In this document: positions 26,179 to 39,144 of the stretch, one piece after another | Position numbering within the stretch: position 1 is the stretch's first letter | Layout: each line of letters begins with the position of its first letter | Assembly: GCA_036785375.1 (NCBI GenBank) | Contig: JAWMAR010000176.1 | Span: 496,001 to 560,000 of the forward strand | DNA: 64,000 nucleotides | Origin: Leucoraja ocellata | Lineage: Eukaryota | Reading direction: 5' to 3' | The notes under the pieces: model-generated | What the model saw: only the letters and a program-made list of their open reading frames with translations | What the model was told of the DNA's origin: nothing | Database searches by the model: none | Position numbers and translations under genes: made by a program

Positions 26179-27014
26179 AAATGGCGGCGCCTCACGGCAG
26201 TGGCCTCTACAGTCCGTCTGTGTTTTTTTTTAAATTTTGTCCTGTTGAGTGTATAGTTTGGTTGTAGTTTATATATTGTTTTTAGCTGTGTATATGTAGG
26301 GGGGGGGGGGGGGTGGAGGAACTTTTAAATCTCTTCCCTGTACGGGGGACCTGAACTTTTCCCTGTCGGGTCTCCGTTGTCGTTGGGGCCTAGCACCGTG
26401 GAGCGGCCTCCAACCGGAACGACCTGGAGGCTCCAGTCGCGGAGCCTGCGGACTCACCATCGTGGAGCTGGCCGGCTTCGGAGCGAGGAGAACTGTGGTG
26501 GCGCGCAGCGGCGACCCAACTTCGGAGCTTCGGAGGCTCCATCCACAGGCCTGGTGGACGGTGACATCGGGAGCTCGTGGGTCCCTGGTGGGAGACCGCT
26601 TTTCGGAGCTCCCGCAATGGCAATTTTCCCATCCGAATTGCAGGGTTGAAAACGACCTGGAGCGGGGGCTTACATCGCCCGGCGCGGCTTTAACGGCCGC
26701 GGGACTTGCCATCGCCCGCCGGGGGCTCCAACATCAAGACCCGGAGCAGGGCCTTACATTGCCCGGCGCAGCCTTAACGGCCGCGGGACTTGCCATCGCC
26801 CGCCGAGGGCTTTAACATCGGGACAAGATTGGAAAACAGGGGAGAGACAATGAGTTTGCCTTCCATCACAGTGAGGAGGAGATTCACTGTGATGGATGTT
26901 TGTGTAAATTGTGTATCTTGTTAATTGTTTCTTCTTGTTGTATGACTGCAGAAACCAAATTTCGTTTGAACTTCATTTGAGGTTCAAATGACAATAAACA
27001 GCATTGTATTGTAT
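26179..27014 (+). mobile_element. CpG-rich non-autonomous retroelement (family copy 4)
   Basis: aaatggcggcg head, T-rich and poly-G tracts, core shared with copy 3 (gggagaccgctttt..gctcccgcaa), ~84-bp internal tandem duplication at 26655-26820, ccttccatcacagtgaggag box, tttgaac/gttcaaa hairpin, aataaa, (ttgta)n tail. Confidence 0.8.
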
Positions 27015-27164
27015 AAAGATATTGTCAAAACAAAGTTATTTGTTACCAATTTACAGTAGAAGTCAGCTCCATCCCTCTTACCATTGACATTGTTATAATA
27101 AAATAGCAAATCTGCAGCATCGAAACAGGTCCTCCGAGCCGCAATGTCTATACCGAACATAAGA

Positions 27165-27690
27165 CATAGCAGCTGAAGTAGGCCATTTTGCACATTGATG
27201 CTGCTCTGCCATTCGATCATGGCTGATCTATTTTTCCCTTACAACCCATTCCCCTGCCTTTTCCCTGTAACCTTTGACACCTTTCCTAATCAAGAACCAA
27301 CCAGTCTCCATTTTAAAATCACTCAATGATTTGGCCTCCACCATTGTATGTGACAATGAATTCCACTGCTTTACCAGCCTCTGGCCAAATAATTTCCTCC
27401 TCATCTCCACTCTAAAGGTACATGCTTTTATTCTGAGGCTGTGTCCTCTAGTCCTATACTCTCCCACTACTGAAAACATCCTCCACACATCCACTCTATC
27501 TGGGCTTTTCATGATTTGTAAAGTTAAATTATATTGCATACATTGATCCATATCTTTGCATTCCCTGCCTATCCTTGTGCCCACCTAAAAGCATCTTAAA
27601 AGCCACTATCGTATCTGCCTCCATCACCACCCCAGGCATGCACTATCCTCAGTGTAAAATAAAAACTCGCCCAATACAGCTCCTTTAAAT
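27165..27690 (-). mobile_element. CR1 LINE 3' fragments
   Basis: RTRGHSLRIK...FGQRLVKQWNSL on the minus strand. Confidence 0.8.
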
Positions 27691-27777
27691 TAGTCCTTTA
27701 ATTAGATAGACGTTTCTTTCACAACTCTAGTGAATACAAATAAGAAGAAATCATTGACACCACTGAGAATATGGTGG

Positions 27778-28535
27778 GGACGCTGCAATGGCGGCAGCCC
27801 TGTCAGCAGCGCGTTAGTTTTTTCAACTTCTTTTATTTTTTTAGTATGTTTTAAAGTATGTTTTTAATGTTTCTATGTGTTCTTTGTGTGGGGGGTGGTG
27901 TGGGGCGGTGAGGGGGAAACCGTTTCGGTCGCCTCCTCCATGGAGAGGCGACTTTTTCCAGGTCGCCTCCCCATGGCCTAACAGCAAGGATCGGCGCGGC
28001 CTTTCCCGGAGACGCGCCCGGGGCTTCAGCGGCGGGTGCAGCGTGGGCTCTCGGCGTGGAGCGGGCGAGCTCTCGCTGGGGCTCGCTGCAGGGGAGCGCT
28101 CCATTTCGCTGGCCCGCAGCAGCCGGCAGCCGGCAGCCTGAAGCCGCGGTCTACACAGCTCCAGTTGGCGCGGCGTCTACAGCCCGGGATCCCTCGTGGG
28201 GGACCCGGGGGAAGAAGAAGCCATCACTGCCGGCCCGTGGCCAACTTCTACCGTGGGCCCGGCCTGAACTTAACATGACTCCTGGAGGGGAGCTTCGACC
28301 ACCGGCCCTGCGGTCTGCGGTGCTTCTGTCTGCAGCGCTGCGGGGACTTTAAATCTTCGACCGCCGGCCTGCGGCCTACACGAACTTAAAGCCGCGGTCT
28401 CCGGTGGGGAAGAGCCGACTCTGGACTTACCTGGACTTGTACCTTGTCCTTTTACCATCTGGACGCCCGCAGCAACGGCTGCGGAGGGTTGAGGTCCCGA
28501 CCACGGGGAAAAATGGAGGAGGACTGGCCAAATTG
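27778..28535 (+). mobile_element. CpG-rich non-autonomous element (family copy 5, 3' end missing)
   Basis: caatggcggcagccctgtcagcagc head, T-rich tract and gggggtgg tract as in the other copies, then a different GC core; no terminal hairpin found. Confidence 0.6.
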
Positions 28536-29824
28536 TGGGGAGGTCAGATTCTGTTATAGTGAGAAAGATGGAGATATTGGAGCAAGCAGCTTGTGCAATT
28601 TGATCAGGGGTTTATTTATTGAGGTGGAGTAGCACAACAGGATGCAACAGAATGCTATGCATTATGTGGCCTCTTCTCTCTGACACAAATATTCATACAA
28701 ACGGTAGAAATGAGAAATCCTCCATGTAACTCCGGGTGAGGTTCATTGTGTACACAAGGCATGTTACTAGGCAATCATGTCTCATACATTAGGTGATCAT
28801 ATCTTAGGTGACAAAGGTGATTATTTCAAGGTACACAATGGGAAAGGATGGATGGAGGCACTGAATACACAACAACCGGCTGTGACCAGAGTCTCTGAGA
28901 TGGTATCGATACATTGTAAATGGCTCGATTGTAAACATGTAAGCACGCAACAAAAGCTTTTCACTGTACCTCGGTACACGTGACAATAAACTGTACTGTA
29001 CTGAACTGGTTTTGTTTGACATTGGGTGCAATGAGGCACAGTGCTAATCATCAACAATGTGTCTCACAACCCCGAGTATTACATCTCCCCACCCTCCTCC
29101 CCCATCTCCAAATCCTCTGCTGCCTCCAGTCTTACCTCCCAGCTCTACACCTTCTTATTCCCCTCCTGCTCTGTTTCCTGGTGAGGGGTGACCTCTTCTC
29201 CTATCCAGTCCCCAAATTGCCCCCATGAAAATACAGCAGCACCCATGGGATATCTCCACTCAGGATGGTAACACTGTAAAATTCTCAGCACCATAAGTCT
29301 GCGGAGCCTCTGTCATTGATTCCATTCTAAACAAATCAATGAATTTCTGAATGCTATGCGATTAAAGGGCTTGGAGATAATGCACGCACACAGAACTCAG
29401 GTTGCAGATCAGCCATGACCTTGATAAACAGTGGAACAAATCTTAAAGGCAAAGATGGTCTCCTGTTGCTTCTTATGTTTACAGTAAAATTGTGTTTTAT
29501 ATTTTCATGTGACGAGAGTGTGCAGTAGATGAAATCAGACACATTGCATTAAACAGTGGAGCAATACTAAAGGTAATTTGTTGTTATAATTGGAGGACTT
29601 TAGGGACATGATGAAAATATTGGGTAGCCTGTACTTGATTTCCTGGAGCATATGAGACTTGAGGGTTTACCTGATCGAAGTGTATGGATTATGAGAGGCA
29701 AAAATAGGATAGATGGTCAAAATCGCTTTTTCTCAAGGTGGGATATCAAAAACAGGAGGGCATATATTTAAGGTGAGAGATTGAAAGGGGATCTTATGTA
29801 GAAATGTTAATATTTGGAGAGTGG

Positions 29825-30530
29825 TTGTTTTCTGGTTCGGCAACTAGAATGTTCAGGAGCATAAAAGACTGTAATAAGTTGTAACCACCGCCCAGTCCAT
29901 CACCGGCTCTGACCTCCCACGATCGAAGGGATCTATCGGTCGCTGCCTCAAAAAGGCTGCCAACATGATCAAAGACCCACACCATCCTGGCTACATGCTC
30001 ATTTAACCATTGTCGTCGGGAAGAAGGTACAGGAGCCTGAGAACTGTAATGTCCAGATTCAGGATGAGCTTCTTCCCTACAGCCATCAGGACATTGGGAG
30101 GGGAATGGGGAGTGCAGGAGAGAGATAAGTTTTTTTTGCCTTCCATCACAGCGAGGAGGAAATGTGCTGTGATGGATGTCTGTGTAAATTGTGTTGTGTC
30201 TTGGGTCTTTTTTTCTTGTGTGTATGACTGCAGAAACAACATTTCATTTGAGCCTCTATGAGGTTCAAGTGACAAATAAATTGTATTGTGTATTGTGTAT
30301 GAAACACGACAACAAATAATCTCTGAACTGCTACAGACTATCATTATTATTGCACTATATTTGTATTTTATTGAGATTGAGTATGTGTGCATGTGTATAC
30401 ACACACTTAACTTTTTTTACTTCTCCCGTTATGTACTATGTTTACATATTCTGTTGTGTTGCAGCTAGCAAGAATTCCATTGTCCTATCTGGGACATATG
30501 ATAATAAAACACTCTTGGCTCGTGACTCTT
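29825..30530 (+). mobile_element. Rex1/Babar-type 3' fragment interrupted by a 3' end of the CpG-rich family (~30095-30300)
   Basis: SGRRYRSLRTVMSRFRMSFFPTAIR motif. The insert carries the ccttccatcacagcgaggag box, ttgagcctc/gaggttcaa hairpin and (ttgtgta)n tail. Confidence 0.78.
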
Positions 30531-33500
30531 GTTTCAATGCCCCATAACACACTTTAAATCACTAGCCCTGATGTTGACAGCTTATTGCATTCCTCTTTCA
30601 ATTCACTCAGCAATCAAATATCCTGATAAACAAAACTGACATTCAGAACTGATGTGCTGAAACTGTTGAATTTGTATGTCAGTACTTTGTTCCTAAATAT
30701 TTAATTGAATGCACAGTGACATTGCAGTGCAAAAACCAACTGTTACTATGAAGATACCATCTGGTTACAGATATTTGCATAGATTTACATTTAATTTAAA
30801 GCTGAGGAACAAGCCACTAGATTCAAAAGATGGTTCCAACGTTTTATTATCAACATGAACTTTCTCCCACTTTCCTTCATCTCAACTTTTCATTATATTT
30901 ATTTATTTTCCTTCCTGATACAATGAGCCAACTTCTTCCCACCCAAGGCAATGTTTCTCACCTCTACTATTCCACACTGCTGTAAATCCCACATAGTAAT
31001 GACACTCTGTGTGACAAACATTCTCTCATAGACCATAAGCGTTAAGGCTCCTAGTTTTGGAATACTTTTTTTTTTGCTGTAATCCAGCTTTTGAGCAGTA
31101 TCAGCTCCCTACACAATTATTCAAAGCAATCTCTCCCCTGACAGGAACACAAGTAGAAAGGAGCACACTGAGTTCTTCTTGAGCATAAATACGATCTTAT
31201 TCAGAGACCAATGGGAAAAAAGTACGAATAAACACATTTATCTTCTATTATCGCAGATGTATTCATAACTTTTTGAATGGGTGGGAGATAACATGCTGTT
31301 ACAAAAATAATGGATTTTATTGTACAAGGCCATAGGTATGTGGAATGGCATGAAATATGCCAGCAAACAATATTGAAAAAGATTAATTCCAAGAGCCAAA
31401 GTCAAAGTAACAATTCACTGAAACTGCAATATATGACACTGTCTTTGACACCAAGTTATCCCATGAATAATCTCTAAGTATTTATTCATAACGGACTGCC
31501 AGAACATTGACTATCCCCATGAATTCAATCCCCACTCATCATCATTCCATTTACTAGTGAGGAAGTCAGAGATAAATCTTTTTGTTAGATAATTAATTAA
31601 ATTGTCCTTACTAAATGTTTTCTCTTTTGCAATTGTCTCCTGAAGAAATAACATGTCTAATGAGTTCCAGTTCCACAAGTGTGCAAACTAAATGTCCACA
31701 TTTCTCTTGTGCCAAGAAAAGTAAGCTCTTGCACAAAGGCGCTAAACATTAACTGCCTTTGCAGAAGATAATCAAGAAATATTGATCAGGCAGGCTCATT
31801 ATGGCGTTCCTGCCCAAATGGTTTTCCTTTCAATTCATCCTGGGAAACACAACAGTCCAAGCTTCAATTATTACTGACTCATTCAAGTGTTTTCCACTAT
31901 GGCAGTGACCAATTGCCTTACTGATGAGAAGAGGCAGCAGAAATGTTGGGACACAATTAACAGGAGCACTGCTAATTCTGCGTGCAAACCCAGGAACCTG
32001 CTCAGAATATTAATACTCAAGAGCTTTAAAAATAGCAACAATCCTTTAAATGAGCTTCCTCCCCTCTGGTTCTGCAACTGATGTCCACCTGTAACTTTTC
32101 CCTGTCATACTCGCTTGATGTAATGGGCTCAATAATAAAGGTGGTGATCTTGTTGACAGTTTCCACTCCCCCCCCCAACTCTCTCCACCCCACCAGTTCC
32201 TCCTTCGACCTTCCCTATCAACTGTGTTCCCCTCTCCCTCACTCCACTCCTTCCTCTCTAACAGTCCCATTTCTCTCCCTTCCCCCTCACCGTCCCCCCC
32301 CTCCCTTCCCCCACAAACTCTCACTCTTCTCCATCCTTACCACCCCTGACTTTCCAGCCACTGCCATTACGGGGATAAGGCTACTCTCTGACCATCAATA
32401 GTTCTCCATCTGCTCCCAACATCTGTACAACAAAGGCCCACCAGCTTGGAAAGAATGGCTGTGAGACCCAATCCCTTGCCCCCTTCCAATTGCAGGAATT
32501 CATTAAACAATTCCTAATGTTGCCAAGCCACAGCCACCCAGTCCTCTGTGAGGTGATAACATGCTCATCCCTGTGTTTTGATAGGGATGGCTTCAATCTG
32601 TAGAATTGTGAGCATGGCACTACTGTTCTCGCTCAGCCACCTCCAACTTCATTCTCTGTGTATATGTACTCCTGCACTTAAAGTTGTGTTATAGCATAGC
32701 AATGAGCTCTACAATCCTGAAGCATAACACAAAGTAATGGAGGAACTCAGTGGATTAGGCAGCATCTGTGAAGGGAATGGACAGACAACGTTTTGGGTCG
32801 GGATTCTTCTTCAGGTACTGTCAGACCCGCTGCGTTCCTCCAGCATCTTATGTCTTGCTCAACATTCCAGCATCTGCAGTCTGTTGTGCTTACAATCCTT
32901 AACTATGTTTGTTTTATGCTCCCAAAACAGAGAAAAATAAGGCCTTTTCAAGATTTGGATGCAATCTAGATGTGAAAATGATCTTGAGCTAGAAGAGGCA
33001 GCAAGCAATATAAATTGAAACAGTGCTGGTTTAATATAGACAAATGTAAATTAAGGACAGGTAAAATTCAAATTATTAGTGTTTGCGATCCTTGAGATGT
33101 GTCAGGATTGCAAAAGAGGAAACTAAAAAAGATCTAAGGTTCTTTATGAATTTGACACTCAAATGTGCAAGTACTTCAGAGCAGCAATCAACAAAAGCTG
33201 GAAATACTCTGCATTTCCTGATCTTGATTCAGATTTCCAGCAGTATGTATAAAATTAAATGCCAAATGGTGCCGGTGCTGCAACTCTGACATAAACACAA
33301 ATGCTGGAGAGGTTCAGCAGGTCAGGCGGCATCTGTAGAGATTTAACATTTCAGCTCAATGACCATCATACTGGAATGTTGTAATGTTTGAAACAAATGT
33401 AGTAGCAAGTCTGGGGTGAAACTGTATATCATACCAGTTAGAGCATGTTTTCAGCACAGTAAAATATTGGGACATTTCCAGCAATCAGCTGCAGCCTATT

Positions 33501-36009
33501 CTCCAATGTCTGGGTCCTGGAGAAAAGGGAAAGATCTGAGATCTATGGTAATAAATCCAGGAAACTAAGACTGGGCCATGGAACGTATGGTTAAACCCAG
33601 ACAAATTACTTTGAAGAAAAATTACAGAGCCCTGACCTAAAATGTCCAGGGCTCTTCTTTGACGTATCCAACATCAGTGTCCCAGGGATTAGTCTTTTTG
33701 TGTCCATAAAATTAATGCTTTTCTTGTTTCTTGGAGGCAAAAGACTGTGTTAAATATGTGACCTGATGATACACTATAATGGAGCCATGCTACACAGAAA
33801 CAGGTCTGCTGCATCTACACAAGCCATCACAAGTTCCAATCTGCATTCAGTATTGTATTTCAATTTATCCTCTCTCATTCCATTAAACATCTTCCCCCTC
33901 ACCGATTCTCCTGCCATGCACCTGCATTCAGGCCAAATTACAGTTACAACCAACTTACCAGTTGGCACATCCTTGGTATGTTGGTAGAAGCCAAGTGCAG
34001 GATACCCCCATGGTAATGTGTGAGTACATCTCGAACCAGCCATTTAGTTTGTTTGCCACTCTCCATTGGCAACACAACATTTTCTTACAATAACTGAACC
34101 TCATTTATCTCCTTTTGTGCCATTATTTAAAAAAACATTCAGCCTGGCTTTGAGGTGGACGAAAGTGGGAACAATCAATGATTTAAGAAATAAATTGAAG
34201 AGCCAATTGAGGGAAGTAAACTCCCAGGGTTACATGGAAAGAACCGGGAATGGAATTGACTGTTTGGTTTTCCATAGAGTTAAAACATGATTAGCTGGGT
34301 GTTGATTTTGTGTGATGTCAGGACTCGATAGAATCTGCTTACATTAAGTTTCATTTGTAATTGTTTAATTAATTTAAAACCTTAAAATTCAAATTTTTTT
34401 TTGTGAGCACTGTTAATTTGTTAATTTGACAATCTTATTGGTTCGTAAATCATGGGCTTTCATGGAAATTATTTTACTTATCACAGTGCCCATGCACCTT
34501 GCTGAGAAATACATTTAAAGCTTCTAGGCTGAATATGACAGGTCATCCACAGCATTGTACTGTGTTAAATTGATTCTGCTCTCTCTCTGTTCATTCAGTG
34601 ATTCCTGAGCTGCCTCGTATCATTCCACTGACCTACCTAGTTTGCTGTAATCTGCAAATTAGTTTATGCAATGGTTTTTCTCTTTAATTACGTCTGAATT
34701 GGGGAACATTGGAAATGTTTTAACTTGCACTCCATTTTTGATCATCCGTCATTCTCAACATAGCCTTTGTATGGAAAGCTTTAGCTCTCAAGAGGGTCTC
34801 TCACTGATTTGATTCCTGACATTTGCAGTCTCTTTAAATCATAGGTTCTCACTGTCAACCAAGTTTCAAGGAGAGAAATAGTGTCCTTGCATTCACCCAA
34901 GGTTTTTTTTGCGTTTCTCATTCAAAATTTCAACAAAATCCTTCACCACATTGTATGGGGTTCCTGAAATATAAATGTTATTGTGCTCCATGGACCCCAC
35001 TCTACATCTCCATTCACTATGAAGTTGCTGTTTGCCATGTCTTTATTCATTCCCAGAATTTACTCTGAATTTTTAGTTTTGAAACTTAAGTTTTACAAGG
35101 AACTTTCCCATTGTCCTCTTTGAGGTCAAACCAGGCTTACGCCAATGTACTAAGAATGTGATTTTCTCAAACCGTAAAGAAAATCATATTAAGAGGTCTC
35201 TCGCCTGAATTCATGTTGATATCAGATATTTATCTGATGGGTAGGATCTGCAACAACTCTTCAGTGCTGTGCTTTGTGCAAAAGTTGATATTTTATATAA
35301 ATAAGTATTTTGTGCAAGAATTCGGTTAATTCCGAAAAATGATCGACCCTAACAAACTGTGGTTGAAACTCCTGAATAAATTTGGAAAATAATAAATATT
35401 GGATTAGTTGCATGAGATGACAACCCATTTGGCCAGATTTGGTATTGGCATGAATTTGAACATTGTGTCGTCCTGTTTAAATATTTAAAAACACTGTGTT
35501 CTTGGGCCATCTGTATTATTTATAGTTCATTTGAAAGTTTGGAATTTTTAATTTTATAAAAATGCTTTAATATTCAGCTGTTTACTCAGATTTTCTGCAT
35601 TAGGTATTCCTCAGAAATGGAGAGCAAAATCAAAAATCATACTCTGGTATCATTTTTAATGTTGAAATCTTCCTTGCCTAATTCTGTTTCAATATTTAGA
35701 GTAACATCACGAGAACACAAGTGAGAATTTTAATTACCCAAGCCCAATCTGTCATTTAATATTTGATCTATGACATGAGTTTTCAGGCTGTTTTACATAT
35801 TATTTATTATGTTGTGTTTAAATATTTAAAACTGCCAGAGCAGCAAGCGGGGTCCAAATTTCCACCATCCCCAAGGTGTAGAATTATAGACTGTTTTTCC
35901 TGGATCATAACTTCTAAGTTTCAGTCTGCATAATCCCTCATTGTAATTTAACTGATATAATTCTGATAAATTGATGCCCCATTTAAAGCCAATGATCATT
36001 CGATTGATG

Positions 36010-36275
36010 TACTTCGGCCCACCGAGTCCGCCTCGACCAGCGATCCCCGCACATTAACACTATCCTACACACACTTGGGACAATTTACATTTATACCAAG
36101 CCAATTAACCTACAATCCTTTGGAATGTGGGAGGAAACCGAAGATCTCTGAGAAAACCCACGCAGTCACGGGGAGAACGTACAAACTCCGTAAAGACAGT
36201 CTCCGTAGTCAGGATTGTACCCAGATCTCTGGTGCTGTAAGCACCGTGAAGCAGCAACTGTACCTGTGCCGCCCT
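36010..36275 (-). mobile_element. HE1-like tRNA-derived SINE
   Basis: Reverse of ggcacaggtacagttgctgc...agagatctgggtacaatcctgactacgg...gtttgtacgttctccccgtgactgcgtgggttttc; tail gactcggtgggccgaa. Confidence 0.85.
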
Positions 36276-36609
36276 TATAATGCAGGTGGTGACTCAGCCA
36301 GAGTGATGTACTCCTCTTTCAAAATTTATAACAATTTTTTGCTGTGAAGAAATGAAGTGTGATCGCCTTTAACCTTTGCCTCCCCATAAACTTATAGGCA
36401 TATTTGCACTTAGCTTGCAGTAATTCATGCTTTGGCATGTTGGAGTGGAGGCTCCAATATTAACCCTTAGGTGAGACCCAAAGCATTTCCTGGATTTCTT
36501 CCAGTAGCTCTTGCCTCTATTCAGATCATGGTGCAAGCACATTGGGGTGAACATGTCCCATGCAATTGATTTGGAGACATTAGGATACTTGCTTTTCTTA
36601 GCTAGGACG

Positions 36610-38440
36610 CAGAGTAGTGTGTTCAGTTTTGGTCACACTGCAATAAGAAATATGTCATTAAGCTGACAAGAGTACACAGATTTGCAAGAATGTCGACAGG
36701 ACTCAACATAGAAACATAGAAAATAGGTGCAGGAGTAGGACATTCGGCCCTTTGAGCACCGCCATTCAATATGATCATCGCTGATCTTCCAACTCAGTAT
36801 CCTGTTCCTGCCTTTTCTCCATACCCCCTGATCCCTTTAGCCACAAGGGCCACATCTAACTCCCTCTTAAATATAGCCAATGAACTGGCCTCAACTACCT
36901 TCTGTGGCAGAGAATTCCACAGATTCACCACTCTCTGTGAAAAATGTTTTTCTCATGTCGGTCCTAAAGGGCCTGAGCTGTCTGTGAAACCACCTGTTTG
37001 TGTGTAATCTCTGAATGTATTAATCATGTGTTGCACATTCTCATCCACATCATTGATATAACCCACAAACAGCAATGGGCTCAGCGCCAATCCCTGAGGC
37101 ACACCACTCACAACTATCCTCCTGTATAAAATGATCCTTCTACCACCACCCTCTGTTTCCTACCGTGAAGCCAATTCTGTATCCAGTTAGCTATCCCTGG
37201 ATACCTTGCGATCTAACCTTCCAGAACAGCCTACCATGCGGAACATTACAAGTCTTCCTGAAAGCCCACATAGACTACGTCTACGGACTTGGCCTCATCA
37301 ATCTTCATGATTACTTCCTAAAATCAATCAAATTCGCAGACTCGACCTCCTGTGTAGAAAAGCATGCTGATTATCCCTAATCAATCTCTGTCTTTCCAAA
37401 TGCATTTATATATAATGCCTCTGAATCCTCTCCAGTAACTTGCCTACCACAGATGTTAGGCTTACTGGCCTTTAGTTTCAAGGTTTTTCTTTGCAGCCCT
37501 TCTTAAGCAGAAGCATAACATTATCTACCCTCCAGTCTTTTGGCACCTCGCCATAGCCAGGATGTCGACAATTTATTTTCCAGTTTATCAATATGTCCAC
37601 TGATCGAGCCCGAGAGATTTATCTACCTTCCTCCATTTTAGTGCAACTAAGGCCTCCTTGCTTGCAGTATATACTGTCCTCAAGACATCAACATTAACGT
37701 TCCCAGGTTTTACTGTACTTTGTGAATCTTTGTGTATTTCTCAAAAATTGTCCTGCCTGAGGTCATTTGCAGCTGACCCTGATTAGTCCTGGTCTTTTCT
37801 CGGCTCCAGCTCTTCAATTTGCCAGTTTAATTGGTAGTAAGGAAGGCAAATGCAATGCTAGCATTTATTTCATGAGGAGTAGAATACAAAAGCAGGGCTG
37901 TAATGCTGAGGCTCAGGCCGCATTTGGAGTATTGTGAGCAATTTTGAGCCACATATCTGAGGAAGGATGTGCTGGTTCTGGAGGAGGTTTACAAGAATTA
38001 CCCCAGGAATGAGTGGGTTTACATATGATGAGCGTTTGACGACACTGGGACTCTACTCACTGGAGTTTAGAAAGATGATTGGGGACCTCATTGAAACTTA
38101 CAGAATAGTGAAAGGCCTGGATAGAATGCATGTGGAGAGGATGTTTCCACTGGTGGGAGAGTCTAAGACCAGGGGTCATAGCCTCAGAATTAAAAGACAT
38201 TCCTTTTGGAAGGAGATGAGGACGAATTTATTTTGTCAGAGGGTAGTGAATCTGGATTTATTGCCACAGAAAGCTGTGGAAACGAAGTCAATGGATTAGT
38301 AAATGGGTGTCAAGGTTTATGGGGAGAAGGCAGGAGAATGGGGTTGGGGGAGAGATAGATCAGCCATGATTGAATGGCACAGTAGACTTGATGGCCGGAA
38401 TGGTCTAATTCTGCTCCTATCACTTATGACCTTATGAGCT
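36610..38440. mobile_element. Nested CR1 fragments on both strands
   Basis: 36705-36970 minus 3' end, 37030-37640 minus RT remnant, 37830-38440 plus C-terminus (RRFTRITPGMSG...KTRGHSLRIK). Confidence 0.82.
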
Positions 38441-39144
38441 TATGACCTGCAACCTGGAACATTAAGATGCCAGTGCTGTCCCACACTTAGCCATATTTCT
38501 GTTATGGCTGTAGTGCCTTGGTCGCATGTACTTATCAACGCCATGAGTTCATCCACCTTACCTGTCAGACCTTTTGCAATGAAATCTAAAAGTAATGTAA
38601 TCCCTTTTCCTCTTTTCTCATCGCAGTTAGACTTTGTAAACTCAAGTCACAGCAAACCATTAATAAATCATGATTCCCTTAAAAATCTGATGTCTTCACA
38701 GTAGCACTGAATAATTTATTATTTTCTCTTCCATTCATTATTCTAAGGCGCGGTTGTAAGAGGGAAAAGAAACACTGTGCAATGTTTGCTTTGTTCATCA
38801 GCAAGAAAGTCATGGAAGAAGAACAAATTTACAACCAACACAATGGAAGGCTCACGGAATTTTGTTGGCAAGAGATGCCCTACAAATATTAGGAAATCCT
38901 TGAGAGAAAACCAAGGAAGGCAGAAAGAAGGGAATCATAACATAGCAGAGTAAAGTGCAGATGCATATTTAGCATCACGAAAATAGACCCAAAAATCTGG
39001 AGTAACTCAGCAGGTCAGGCTGCATCTCTGGAGAAAAGGAATAGGTGACATTTCCGGTTGAGATCCTTCTTCAGATTGTCAGTTACGGGAGATGGAAACA
39101 AAATATATAGATGGTGATTATAGAGAGATATAGAACAAATTAAT

